A DNA stretch of 64,000 nt, taken from positions 209,564 through 273,563 of the forward strand of contig JBHLMN010000005.1 of the NCBI GenBank assembly GCA_048938105.1. Reading direction: 5' to 3'. The notes under the pieces are model-generated. The model was not told where the DNA came from, did not search any database, and saw only the letters and a list, made by a program, of their open reading frames with translations. How positions within the stretch are numbered: the first letter of the stretch is position 1; the number at the start of each line of letters is the position of its first letter. The position numbers and the translations under genes are program-made. The stretch is from Promethearchaeota archaeon. GTDB lineage: Archaea > Asgardarchaeota > Heimdallarchaeia > Hodarchaeales > Hodarchaeaceae. Below are positions 10,304-20,519 of this stretch, piece by piece.

Positions 10304-10633
10304 TTAATCAATTTCGTATTTTGAAGCTATTTTCACGATAAGAAATATAACAAACGCTATTATAATGAATGTGACCAATTCTCCGAGGAAATGGCCGATT
10401 AGAAAGTCAGCATTACCAATTGAATAAGTTATTTGATTCCAAGGGATATCTGTTGCACCAGGAAAGAGCTCAAAAATGGGCATGATGAGATCATTAACTA
10501 GTGCTTGAACGAGAGCGCCTAAATAGATGCCCATAATAAAAGCAACAGCTAATCCCAAAACTTTATAATTCTTGAGAAACTCTTTAAACTCTTGCAAAAG
10601 ATTTTTTGGTTTTTCTTCAGTCTCAGTTGTCAT
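10304..10633 (-). CDS. mscL: Large-conductance mechanosensitive channel
   Basis: EFKEFLKNYKVLGLAVAFIMG...LVNDLIMP...GHFLGELVTFIIIAFVIFLIVK. Confidence 0.9.
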   Translation of the reverse strand: MTTETEEKPKNLLQEFKEFLKNYKVLGLAVAFIMGIYLGALVQALVNDLIMPIFELFPGATDIPWNQITYSIGNADFLIGHFLGELVTFIIIAFVIFLIVKIASKYEID

Positions 10634-10923
10634 TTTTACACCTCAAAGAGAAAAAAACTAATCTATTACTCCCCTGCTATTATTAAAAAACTTTACTACT
10701 CTTTGGAATTGGACAATTTTATAACTTTTTGAGAAGCAGACATAAGAATTTATGACATTTATAGCAAGAACTCCTTATTTAAAAAGAGCACACACAGGTT
10801 TTTTATTGCGATTCGTCTCCAGAGATAAATTAAACTCATTCCCAACCTATAATCGATTAATACTAAAGGACCTAACCATTAAACTAGTAAGAACTGAAAA
10901 ACAGATACATTCCAAGTTATAGA

Positions 10924-13704
10924 CTATTGCCATGAACTAATTCGATCCGCTTTTTCTACAAACCTTGCAGATAAGCTCTTCGTACGAGCTTGTAGAAGAA
11001 TTTGGCGGCCTTCCAGGGTTCGTGTATAAATAATCTCCATATTCCCGACATATTTAGCCCAATTTTTGCTAAATTCTTGGGCATATTCCTTATTTGTTGC
11101 TAAGATAGTGGGAAGGCCTAAATAATCCTGTCGCCTGAAAATTCTAGCCCAGATGGACTTTCGTTTCAAGAGATAACGGGGATTCTCAATCGGACTTAGG
11201 AGTTCCTCAAGCGCATCAAGAAAAACCGACTCCTCTCTTTTGGTACAATTTTGAATGTAACATCTAACTGCCCCCAAGTATGTCTCATCTTTTTCGGTTT
11301 TAATGATGATTTCTTTAAAGGATGTTTTGATTTTCCCAGTCTTGCACAGGGATAATAATAATGCAGTCGCAACCTGCTTCATACTACCTTTCAAAGGACC
11401 ATGTTTTAAAAAAAGCCATGTAGCTTTGAAAAAATAAGGTAAAAAGATCAAAAAACCGATAAAAAAGCCTAATAGAAGGAGGAGTAAAAGAAAATCTAAC
11501 TCTCCATAGAATCGTACATTACTCAATCCCCGAAGGTAGAGTGCAAGAAAGAATAAAGAGGTCATCATTCCCTGCCAAACAATAGCAGCTATAGTATTTG
11601 TAAAAACATAAAAACGGGGTAGACTCGCGGGGTGTGTTCTGACCCCATGCACAAGCTTATAGCCTTTATTTGATTGTAAAGCTTTTTCCCAGTCTTCTAC
11701 CATCTTGCTTCGATTAATAGCCATAGTCTTGGTCAATTGGTTATAATTTTTTAATTCCGTGGAGGTTATTGGAGGTTTTTTAATATTCAGACGTTCAAGT
11801 CCATTTGTAATGATAGGTTTATCAAAAGCAACCCCAAGAAAACCCTTGAATCGTCGTTTTAACATGTGAAAATCACCTCCAATGGCATTTTGATCAGGAA
11901 GGAAACTAAGTCTAGCTTTCAACGAAGGTAAATCTAAACACACTAGATGCCAAATATTAGCAGTCTTCATTGGCTTGGTAGGATCAATTCTAATGGCTCT
12001 ACCACGCATTTGATTACTAAGCATGTAAGAACCAACAAAAGAAGCTAGTACAAGAGAGTTGATTGAAGGTGCATCCCACCCCTCTCCCAGGAGCGAAGTA
12101 GTTCCCACTAAGACATTCAACCCGCCTTCTGTGAATAATCGGGTGATCACTTCAACACGTTTCTTTTTATCTGCAGCCTTAAACCTTATTCGAAGATAAT
12201 TGGGATCATGCTTCAATTCTGTAATTGTTATTCGATCCAAAGGGATTTTCTCATCCTCAATGATTTGGTTAAATAAAAATTGACTTATTTGGGGAATGAT
12301 TATAATTGATCCAGTCAACACTCCCAATTTTGGTTCATTCATTCCTCTTAAATCTGATTTTAGGAAATGTCGTATTTCTTCAAAGATAGGAATTACCCCT
12401 ATCTTGTTAATCACTACCTCATCCTGGGGATTCTTGGGTAAATATTCTTTTCGAATATAATCTGTTAAAATGACTTGTCGTAACGAATCCCTGAGATGGG
12501 TTGATTCTAAATCCACGATTTCAACTATAGACCTCAATTTCGATAGACTTTGTTTCAAAATGCGTTCTATCTCTTCAGCACCCTCTAAGTCTACTTTTCT
12601 TCGTTCAATCGCCCCCAAAGTTTTCAATTGATCGTGAATTTTAATTAAGAATGGGGGAAGATCATCTAAGGACGAATAGGAATTAAATATCAGACCTGTG
12701 AATAAAATCTCCAACCACGCAAACGAGATTTTAGGTAAATCTTTTGGATCTGAATTTATAATTTGCAAAGTTTTCCTCGGAAGTACCACCCCAAGACAAT
12801 TAAGATATACAAGCATACTGGAAAAAAAGGCTGGTTCTTCTAGGATAGATTCTATATGAATAGTTGGGTCTTCAATCCATGGGTGGGTGAGTAAAAAATC
12901 CTTAAGTGAATCATAGTGCTTAATACCTTCAATAAGATCCCAAACTCTGTTTCTAAAGCGCAATATTTCTGTTGATTCATCATCAGTTGGCGTGGAAAAT
13001 AAAACATAATCTTGATGATAACAGAGATTCCTTTCTTTCACAAGCTCAGGAACACTGACTTCTGTGTCAACTGGACCGCATAATTGCGTATAACGTTCCC
13101 ATTCTGTAGGTAGAACATCATACGGAGGTGTTGCAGTCAGCGCAACAATGGTGCTAGGGGCTAACTCCTGAATTATTTTCCATAGGTTCATCCACCAGCT
13201 TCGTCGTAAATGATGGGCTTCATCGACGACTATAGTTCCGACGTTTTGATTTTTTAAGAGATTTATTACATTAATTTTCTGGGTTGATCGCTTTTGAGAA
13301 TTTTTCTCCTCTATTTCCTCCTCTGGTTCTTCAATATCTTCATCAAGGCCACACATGGCGCTATAGAGACCTTGATATGTGGAGACGGTTAAAAATTTGG
13401 GTTCTTTAATTATATCAGATATCCAAGACGGTCTCTGTTGATTGGGAATAAAATTGGTAACAAATCGGTCGACCCATTGATTTTTAATTGCGATAGTAGG
13501 TGCAAAAATAATAGTAGGTCTGTTGAGCCTTAAAATGACTTCTAAACCTAATATTGTCTTACCTGATCCTGGGGCTGCCACAATATGTAGCCGAGAATCA
13601 TCTAAATATTCTTTCAACTCCTCTAAAATGCGCTTCTGATAAGGTCGCCAAGGATACAGAAATCTTAGATTTGGAGGAAATCGCTCCATAAGCCCTACAT
13701 TCAT
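10924..13704 (-). CDS. SF2 DEAD/DEAH (ResIII-like) helicase with C-terminal TM segments
   Basis: APGSGKT, DEAHH, LTATPP, LGEGWDAP, QMRGRAIR; two hydrophobic helices near the C-terminus. Confidence 0.9.
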   Translation of the reverse strand: MNVGLMERFPPNLRFLYPWRPYQKRILEELKEYLDDSRLHIVAAPGSGKTILGLEVILRLNRPTIIFAPTIAIKNQWVDRFVTNFIPNQQRPSWISDIIKEPKFLTVSTYQGLYSAMCGLDEDIEEPEEEIEEKNSQKRSTQKINVINLLKNQNVGTIVVDEAHHLRRSWWMNLWKIIQELAPSTIVALTATPPYDVLPTEWERYTQLCGPVDTEVSVPELVKERNLCYHQDYVLFSTPTDDESTEILRFRNRVWDLIEGIKHYDSLKDFLLTHPWIEDPTIHIESILEEPAFFSSMLVYLNCLGVVLPRKTLQIINSDPKDLPKISFAWLEILFTGLIFNSYSSLDDLPPFLIKIHDQLKTLGAIERRKVDLEGAEEIERILKQSLSKLRSIVEIVDLESTHLRDSLRQVILTDYIRKEYLPKNPQDEVVINKIGVIPIFEEIRHFLKSDLRGMNEPKLGVLTGSIIIIPQISQFLFNQIIEDEKIPLDRITITELKHDPNYLRIRFKAADKKKRVEVITRLFTEGGLNVLVGTTSLLGEGWDAPSINSLVLASFVGSYMLSNQMRGRAIRIDPTKPMKTANIWHLVCLDLPSLKARLSFLPDQNAIGGDFHMLKRRFKGFLGVAFDKPIITNGLERLNIKKPPITSTELKNYNQLTKTMAINRSKMVEDWEKALQSNKGYKLVHGVRTHPASLPRFYVFTNTIAAIVWQGMMTSLFFLALYLRGLSNVRFYGELDFLLLLLLLGFFIGFLIFLPYFFKATWLFLKHGPLKGSMKQVATALLLSLCKTGKIKTSFKEIIIKTEKDETYLGAVRCYIQNCTKREESVFLDALEELLSPIENPRYLLKRKSIWARIFRRQDYLGLPTILATNKEYAQEFSKNWAKYVGNMEIIYTRTLEGRQILLQARTKSLSARFVEKADRISSWQ

Positions 13705-14095
13705 AGTAATTACTTTTATACCTCCTCCTCTTTATATATTTAAGTATATAAGAAAAATCTACTAACGATTTAAAGTTCCTTTACTTAGTACTATACTGGA
13801 TATTTTTACTTAACTAATTTAATGTCAAAAAGGAACCCGTCCCTTCATGGTGGTTATTATTATAGAATAAACATCAAAATTTCGATATGGTGATCAGAAG
13901 TTATTCGCTGCCTATCCCTTCCTTGACAAGACAGAGATTTGGGTACACTTCCGATCAAAATAGGAAAAATACAATAAAATCGAAAAATAGGGATTCTTCC
14001 CCAAGCAGGATTGGCTGCTAAAATCTTAATTTAAAAATAACTTTTAGATTCCTATATATACATGATCTAATTTAATACATATTTGAAGAGAGAAT

Positions 14096-14821
14096 TCATT
14101 CTTTAATCTCAGCTCCACAGTGAGAACAGAACTTTTGTGCCCCTTGTACAATCGCTCCACATTTTGAACACACAATTGTATCCGTACGAGGGAGAATAGA
14201 ACTACCATTAGTTACAGTCGGAGGAACCGCTTTGTGAGAGGAAACAAATTGTGTTTTAGGGGAGATTCCAATTGTATAAATGGACTCGGTTTGTTTTCGG
14301 TAACGGAAGTATAGAAATCCAATTATGCCAGCTCCTCCGAGGACAACAATAATCACCACTAAAGCATACCAAGGGAAAACTGGATTATCAATAGGTTTTT
14401 TTGTGAAAGTAACGTTATCAGATATTTCAATCCTAATATTGTCCCGTTCGGTTTTAGAGTCAATTGTATATTTTGTTTTAGTCGTTTGGGAGAGCGTTTT
14501 TGAGTCCTCTGGCTGCATATCACCAAAGAAAAAGTCTACTGTCTTAGTCAATTCCTCAATTCCTTGGTAGGTCTCATAAAGTTCAATGTAAATCTTGATG
14601 TCTTCGTAATAATAGGAAGATTCAATGCAGCGGCATTCAACAGTTAAGGTTATATCCCAACGTTCACCATAATGACCCTCTCCTTTAGCATTGCACGTTA
14701 TATCAAAGTAGTATTTATATCCTTGAAAAGGTGAGCCTAAAACACTAACAGAAGAAAAGATAGTTATTATTATGAATAAAACTAACTGAAAACTATTTTT
14801 TCTCATTTTAACCCTCTTCAA
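14096..14821 (-). CDS. Membrane-anchored protein with C-terminal zinc ribbon
   Basis: Signal peptide, one TM, CSKCG...FCSHCG. Confidence 0.8.
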   Translation of the reverse strand: MKRVKMRKNSFQLVLFIIITIFSSVSVLGSPFQGYKYYFDITCNAKGEGHYGERWDITLTVECRCIESSYYYEDIKIYIELYETYQGIEELTKTVDFFFGDMQPEDSKTLSQTTKTKYTIDSKTERDNIRIEISDNVTFTKKPIDNPVFPWYALVVIIVVLGGAGIIGFLYFRYRKQTESIYTIGISPKTQFVSSHKAVPPTVTNGSSILPRTDTIVCSKCGAIVQGAQKFCSHCGAEIKE

Positions 14822-15127
14822 AACACAAATTGAATGAATTCTATAAATAACAACTGCTTAAAATCATGTACTATATATTTTAAGCTGTGTTAAGCCAATC
14901 CCCGTTCTCTCTAACTTTTTAGAAAGACATTAGCTCTGCTGTTTATAGGAATGAAATTAGTTCCAGAAGACACTGTTATTCTGCTGCTTCTGATACTTAT
15001 TCCCACTTTTATATATTTGGATAAGAACATATTCGCTATTCGTCGTTTATTCAATGAATAAAAGTATCTTACTTGATGTAATAGTCTTAATTTCCTTTAG
15101 GAAGAGAAAAGAATAATAACGATGTTC

Positions 15128-18100
15128 TCACATCTCTTCCTTCTTTTTTTGAAAATTGTGCTTAACCATAAGAAAAATCATTTCTCCCTGCAAAGAATCA
15201 TTATCAATGGATATATTAGAATTTAACCATGATCCATCCCATAATTCAATCGAAACATTTTCTCCAGCAGAAACCACCCCATTAATCGTTATACTATAAA
15301 CTGGTTCATCTTGAGGTATACCAACTGCTTGATGTTCCCATTGTAAATGAAAATCATCAACCAAAAAAACATTCTCTTCTGAACCATACAATATCTCTAC
15401 TGCATTATTTACATCTAATGAAGAAGATAATGATGTTGCAGTCGAATTGCCATAATAAAGATAAATTACTTGATTAGATGTAGATAAATCACCATCCAGC
15501 TCCACCCAGAACCGAGCATGTTTCCCAATAGTGCCATTAAGGAATCCTTTTGATCCCCATGCATACAGTTTCACAAAATCAAAGTCTGATCCTGCAATAT
15601 GCCACTCTGTATTATAAATTATAAGTTCCTGATCATATCCACCACGAGGAATAAGGCCATAATGCCACCCTTTTCCAGACACATAATCAAAAATCGTTTC
15701 TTCTAAGGTCCATATTTTACCATTCCAAGAATACTGAGCAAAATCTCTAGTTGGAGCTCCAATATATGCTGTAATATTAGTAGAATCATGAACAACAAAA
15801 TCAATAGTAGGACTATTTCTATAAAATCCCTGATTCACTTCCTCTACAGCCGACCAAGATGAAGAAGTCTCATTCCAATAACGAAACATAACCTTCTCTT
15901 GTCTTCCATCTATTATCCCCCACATAATATACGGATTTGAATTACTATCTACATGCACTGTTTCAGAAGCACATGGATCTGTTTCAGAATCATACACCCA
16001 GCATGAATACTGCTCAGTATTATTAATCATCGTTCCCATATCGTAATCAGAAGCATTAAACAGATGTCCTGATGTTACATTTAAATAAGCATAAAAAATA
16101 CTTTCATATTGAACAGATCGTGTGATATTATACCGTTTCCATACAAGATGAAGAATCTCTGGATTATTAGGATCTAATTCACCCTGTTCTTGGTAAGGTC
16201 TTTCTGCATTTGCACCACCGTTTAGGTTCAAATCAATAATTGTTTGGCTATTACTCCACGTATATCCTCCATCGGTGGAATTGCAATAAGCTATCACCAA
16301 TCCTACACCTCCATAAATTTCACGATAATGTAAATGGACCACATCATTAGTAGAATCGTAAAAAAGATGTGCATATGTTTGATCAGGACTCCCATCGTCT
16401 GATGTTCCCCATACGCCTGTCATATTCCCCTCATTCACATGAGTCCAACTTTGAATAGATTCAGGTGTTTGAGAAACATAGTGTTGAAAGTAGTCATTGT
16501 GGGAACCAGCAAACACATGAATATACCCATCATTAGTTACATAAACAGCAGGAGACCCATGACCATCAGTATAACCAAGAACATTTTCACTAATATAAAC
16601 CACATCTCCCCATGTGTCATTTTCATGGTCATAATAAGTAATATGTATATTCATATAATGTTGATTACTTGATTGATCCAAGTCTCCCTGAAATACAAGA
16701 TATGTTCGATTATTATAATAGTAAGCTGCTGGATAATTATAAGGATAATGTCCATGAAAAACAGAACTGTTAGTAAAATAGCGATAAGAACTATCTTCCT
16801 CATACGTCCTTTCAAGCCAATAATTAGGCAATGTCTTACCCTGATCATCAGTAAAACGAATATCATCAAAATCCACTTGACACTTTCCATCAGTAAAAAC
16901 GCGAATTCCATGATCTAAAGATGACTGAAAATAATCTCCATAGTAGACATCAAGAGGAATAACATAATTTTGACCTGTTGAAACATCACGAGGTATAAAT
17001 AACAATTTTCGATAATCCCACCCCTTTAACCATGATACTTTCTCAATATAAGTCACATTCACAAACGCATGATGAGAATTCACATGTTCATACGCCTCCA
17101 ATTGATTGTCAGTAGCAAGAGAATAAGATAGATACCGATCTAACGAAAATTGCACTCCAAAATAATTACCTGACGACCAATCGGCTAAATTGACCTGATC
17201 TTGAAGCATATCGGTAATATCTGTTGTAATCCATTCCCCCGCATTCTTATTGAATGTATGATGAGCTATATTAGTATCTACAACCTCTGGAATTACTGAA
17301 TCCCTCTCAAGAGGCCCAACATTACTCTCATTGATTCTTCGGATAGTAGCATCATATTCAATAAACTCTTGAATTTCCCAAACAGTCACTGTGGCATATT
17401 GTATTGTTGAATATTGTGGAATAGCAAGACTCCAACGAAAATTTGAATACGCTCGCCCACGTTTGTCATCGTAACACAATCTTCCAATAGTTTCTTCCGT
17501 ATGATGAGTCCATCCAGACTTGTATTGCCAATAATCATCATCCATCCCAGCTGCAATTGGAACGACAAGATTCCTAGATAACTCCTCCTGATAACTAATA
17601 TTTACATACGCATGATGAGAATCTGGATGTGAATAATCTTCAAAACTATTACTAGCAGTTATTTCTGAAACCATTATAAACCGAACTCCAAAATAATATT
17701 CTGACTGCCACCCAGCAAGATTTACCTGATCTTGCATCATTGCAGTAATATCAACAACCCTCCACTCATTTCCAGTTTTGTCCCATTCATAATCAACAGA
17801 ATTTTGAGAAGTCACTACAGGCATTACGGTATCTGCCTCTAAAGAACCAACATTGGTTTCGTCAATACGCTCTACTATCGTATTACCAGTTGTACCATCC
17901 ACAATTTCCCATAGTGTTAAAGTAGCTGATAATATAGTAACTCCCTGATTTAGATTAATCTGAAACCGCATCTGCCCAAAATTCGTTGCTATAGCTGAAA
18001 GATCCCCTACTCGTACTTCATCTGACGTAGTATAATGTGTATAAGCTCCCGCTTCCTCCTGATTTCCAAAATCCATAAATGTAGAGGGATCATTTTGATT

Positions 18101-19390
18101 ATTCCATTCTGTCAAAATCCAATCCGATGTCCGATCTGTACCAATAACTCTCATCTCATCTAAAGTACCATGCATGTCATTCTTTGGCCCACCCGTTACC
18201 CCAGCTAATCGAAGCTCTTCAGCCGTATTTTTCATGGCAATATAACTTCCACTCATCCGCCTAAAACTGGAATTATCTTGACCATTTAGAAATACACTAA
18301 GACCTTCCTCTGTTGAATCACCGTTGTATACCCAATGAATTAAGTACCAATTTCCCACTTCCAAAGAATCAGAGCTATAAACACGTATATATGAAGAAGG
18401 AGAATCATGACCATAACATACAAGATATAATCTGCCATTAGACGAAAGGGTAGTGAAATATTCACGATTTGAAAAAGTTTTAGAAAAAATAATCTGCTCA
18501 CGGTTTATCTCACTTGGTTTATACCATACACTTAAGGTAAAAGGAAAATCCTTTATTCCATTTCCAAATGAAAAGTCATCATGATCAGGAAGTTCAATGA
18601 ACTTATCACTTCCATCGACATACTTTCCTCCTGCGATGTGTCCATCCGCATTCAGGGCACCATAATTCGTTCCATTATGATGATTTGTTGTGGAATCATC
18701 AAAATTGTATTCATTTAAATGCCATACCGCATGGTACTCATTATCCCAAACATTTTCCAAATCTTGTTGACTAGAAATAGTATTATTCCCATAATACATC
18801 AAAATTGTAGTATCACTACTTGTGGATAAAGATGGTATCCGAACCCATGCAGTTAATTCTCCATTTGTACCATTATAGAATTCAATTTCATGATCTAACT
18901 GCGTTGTACCCTGATAAAACGCAATGTCATCTCCATCATCCTGTGCATAATCAGCTAAATCGGAATCAATAGTATTTATAAGAATAGTAAAATTTGTGTG
19001 ACTGCCAGAACCACTAATATCATCAGAATCAAGTGTTATTTTTTTTCGATAATTCCACGTGTTAAAATATAATCCTCCTGATATAAAGTTCCACATATCA
19101 TCATCCGAATCATCCATTATCTCGGAAGATATTGTATGTTCTCCCACAAAAAACGGATTTTTCTCCGTAATATTTTGAAATCCCCCATCTGACGATTCAG
19201 TATCACTATGATCGCCTGAACTTGAACTAGAATTCTCTGTACTGTCCGAAATAAATACTTTTGTATCTTTTACATCTTCCATTGAACTAAGACTGTATAA
19301 TATTAGCATACATACCAAAAAAACAGAAATTAAAACCAGCTTTTTTCTCCTATTACTCATTATCAACTCACTTTTTCTTCTCATTTTCAA
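15128..19390 (-). CDS. Large secreted protein: DUF2341 + LamG + BNR-like propeller domains
   Basis: WNYRKKIT/DGDDIAF/WVRIP/MYYGN DUF2341 motifs, GTLDEMRV LamG end, GHGSPA and STDGGYTWS Asp-box; C-terminus looks truncated. Confidence 0.8.
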   Translation of the reverse strand: MKMRRKSELIMSNRRKKLVLISVFLVCMLILYSLSSMEDVKDTKVFISDSTENSSSSSGDHSDTESSDGGFQNITEKNPFFVGEHTISSEIMDDSDDDMWNFISGGLYFNTWNYRKKITLDSDDISGSGSHTNFTILINTIDSDLADYAQDDGDDIAFYQGTTQLDHEIEFYNGTNGELTAWVRIPSLSTSSDTTILMYYGNNTISSQQDLENVWDNEYHAVWHLNEYNFDDSTTNHHNGTNYGALNADGHIAGGKYVDGSDKFIELPDHDDFSFGNGIKDFPFTLSVWYKPSEINREQIIFSKTFSNREYFTTLSSNGRLYLVCYGHDSPSSYIRVYSSDSLEVGNWYLIHWVYNGDSTEEGLSVFLNGQDNSSFRRMSGSYIAMKNTAEELRLAGVTGGPKNDMHGTLDEMRVIGTDRTSDWILTEWNNQNDPSTFMDFGNQEEAGAYTHYTTSDEVRVGDLSAIATNFGQMRFQINLNQGVTILSATLTLWEIVDGTTGNTIVERIDETNVGSLEADTVMPVVTSQNSVDYEWDKTGNEWRVVDITAMMQDQVNLAGWQSEYYFGVRFIMVSEITASNSFEDYSHPDSHHAYVNISYQEELSRNLVVPIAAGMDDDYWQYKSGWTHHTEETIGRLCYDDKRGRAYSNFRWSLAIPQYSTIQYATVTVWEIQEFIEYDATIRRINESNVGPLERDSVIPEVVDTNIAHHTFNKNAGEWITTDITDMLQDQVNLADWSSGNYFGVQFSLDRYLSYSLATDNQLEAYEHVNSHHAFVNVTYIEKVSWLKGWDYRKLLFIPRDVSTGQNYVIPLDVYYGDYFQSSLDHGIRVFTDGKCQVDFDDIRFTDDQGKTLPNYWLERTYEEDSSYRYFTNSSVFHGHYPYNYPAAYYYNNRTYLVFQGDLDQSSNQHYMNIHITYYDHENDTWGDVVYISENVLGYTDGHGSPAVYVTNDGYIHVFAGSHNDYFQHYVSQTPESIQSWTHVNEGNMTGVWGTSDDGSPDQTYAHLFYDSTNDVVHLHYREIYGGVGLVIAYCNSTDGGYTWSNSQTIIDLNLNGGANAERPYQEQGELDPNNPEILHLVWKRYNITRSVQYESIFYAYLNVTSGHLFNASDYDMGTMINNTEQYSCWVYDSETDPCASETVHVDSNSNPYIMWGIIDGRQEKVMFRYWNETSSSWSAVEEVNQGFYRNSPTIDFVVHDSTNITAYIGAPTRDFAQYSWNGKIWTLEETIFDYVSGKGWHYGLIPRGGYDQELIIYNTEWHIAGSDFDFVKLYAWGSKGFLNGTIGKHARFWVELDGDLSTSNQVIYLYYGNSTATSLSSSLDVNNAVEILYGSEENVFLVDDFHLQWEHQAVGIPQDEPVYSITINGVVSAGENVSIELWDGSWLNSNISIDNDSLQGEMIFLMVKHNFQKKKEEM

Positions 19391-19410
19391 TTAAAGGTTT
19401 TTCTTTGACA

Positions 19411-19435
19411 ACTTCGTAAAAGGTTGGATTAATAC
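19411..19435 (+). repeat. Intergenic cassette-boundary site
   Basis: ACTTCGTAAAA-GGTTGGA-TTAATAC. Confidence 0.9.
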
Positions 19436-19746
19436 CATTCTCTTTTCTAGTAATTCAGGATTCTTATTCCTATTTAGAATAAAACGACCTTTCCTTTTTT
19501 TTATATACGAATTCATTTATAATCATGCTAAAATATCTAATTCTTTTCTGTCAAGTCTAATTCACTTTATTACTTATTTCGTGAGTTTTTTCTTTATAAG
19601 AAACTCATGTAATATACGTACCACATGCACTATTTAAAGCTTACGAAATACCCGTAACACCCGAAACTTGTATAAAAGTGAATGTTCCATCGATAATGAT
19701 TGAAAATGTAAAACATTGCTTTGGTGTTCATAGTTCGAAAAAGCTC

Positions 19747-20020
19747 CATAGTTTTAATACATTTACATTTGTTTTCTCTGAAATTTCAGATTGTTTGGCA
19801 AACCATTCCCCGACAAAAGCGGGTTTGAAGGTCCCTTTGATATAATCTAGGTCATATGTTGAACTTCTTCATAGAGTTGTACTTTGATGCAGGATTGGAA
19901 GTACCGTTCAGCTACTTCATAGATGAGTTTCGACATAGTTTTAATATATTTACATTCGCTTTCTCTGAAGTTTCAGACTGTTTGGCAAACCATTCCCCGA
20001 CAAAAGCGAGTTTGAAGGTC
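19747..20020 (+). repeat. 87-bp direct repeat pair (19747-19833 and 19934-20020)
   Basis: catagttttaata...ggcaaaccattccccgacaaaagcg.gtttgaaggtc twice, 6 substitutions by manual alignment. Confidence 0.9.
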
Positions 20021-20165
20021 ACCCTGAAGTAATTCTATCTTGGTTAAATGAATTTTAATTCTTAAGTTGAAATTTCTCAATCAAGAACCTACATTGTAAA
20101 AGCTATCTAAGTCGAATATCAAACTACTATATTCTTAGAAAAATTAGAATAAAAGGTGAAAAAAC

Positions 20166-20330
20166 ATGTCATTTAGGAATGTTTCACGAAAAAAAATAGC
20201 ACTTGCACTCCTGTTTCTAATAGTTTTAGGGATGGGTATCTGGGGGGGTGTCACTAACTTTTTTGACAGAGCTGCTACAATCGAACTGCTAAAAGAAAGA
20301 CTTGGGTTGCTTGGTATCAACATAATATAA
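20166..20330 (+). pseudogene. 54-aa membrane-protein ORF/remnant; paralog of 30389-30892
   Basis: MSFRNVSRKKIALALLFLIVLGMGIWGGVTNFFDRAATIELLKERLGLLGINII*; GGTGA SD. Confidence 0.6.
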
Positions 20331-20519
20331 CAAGTCTGTTCTTTGAAGAAAAAAGCCTAATATTAGTCGTTGCTTCTGGCGGAGGGAGTGAATTGTATTC
20401 CCGTCACATTGTTGGAATGATGGAAGACATTACAATCTTTACTATTGCATTGAGAAACATATTTATCAAGAGGCCTTAGTACTTTGAACCAAAATAACTT
20501 ATATTGAGGTAAAATTATT

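Noticed and set aside
13822-13860. Possible IS200/IS605 end (GGAACCCGTCCCTTCATGG)
   Set aside because: Weak hairpin and no tnpA/tnpB remnant recognised.
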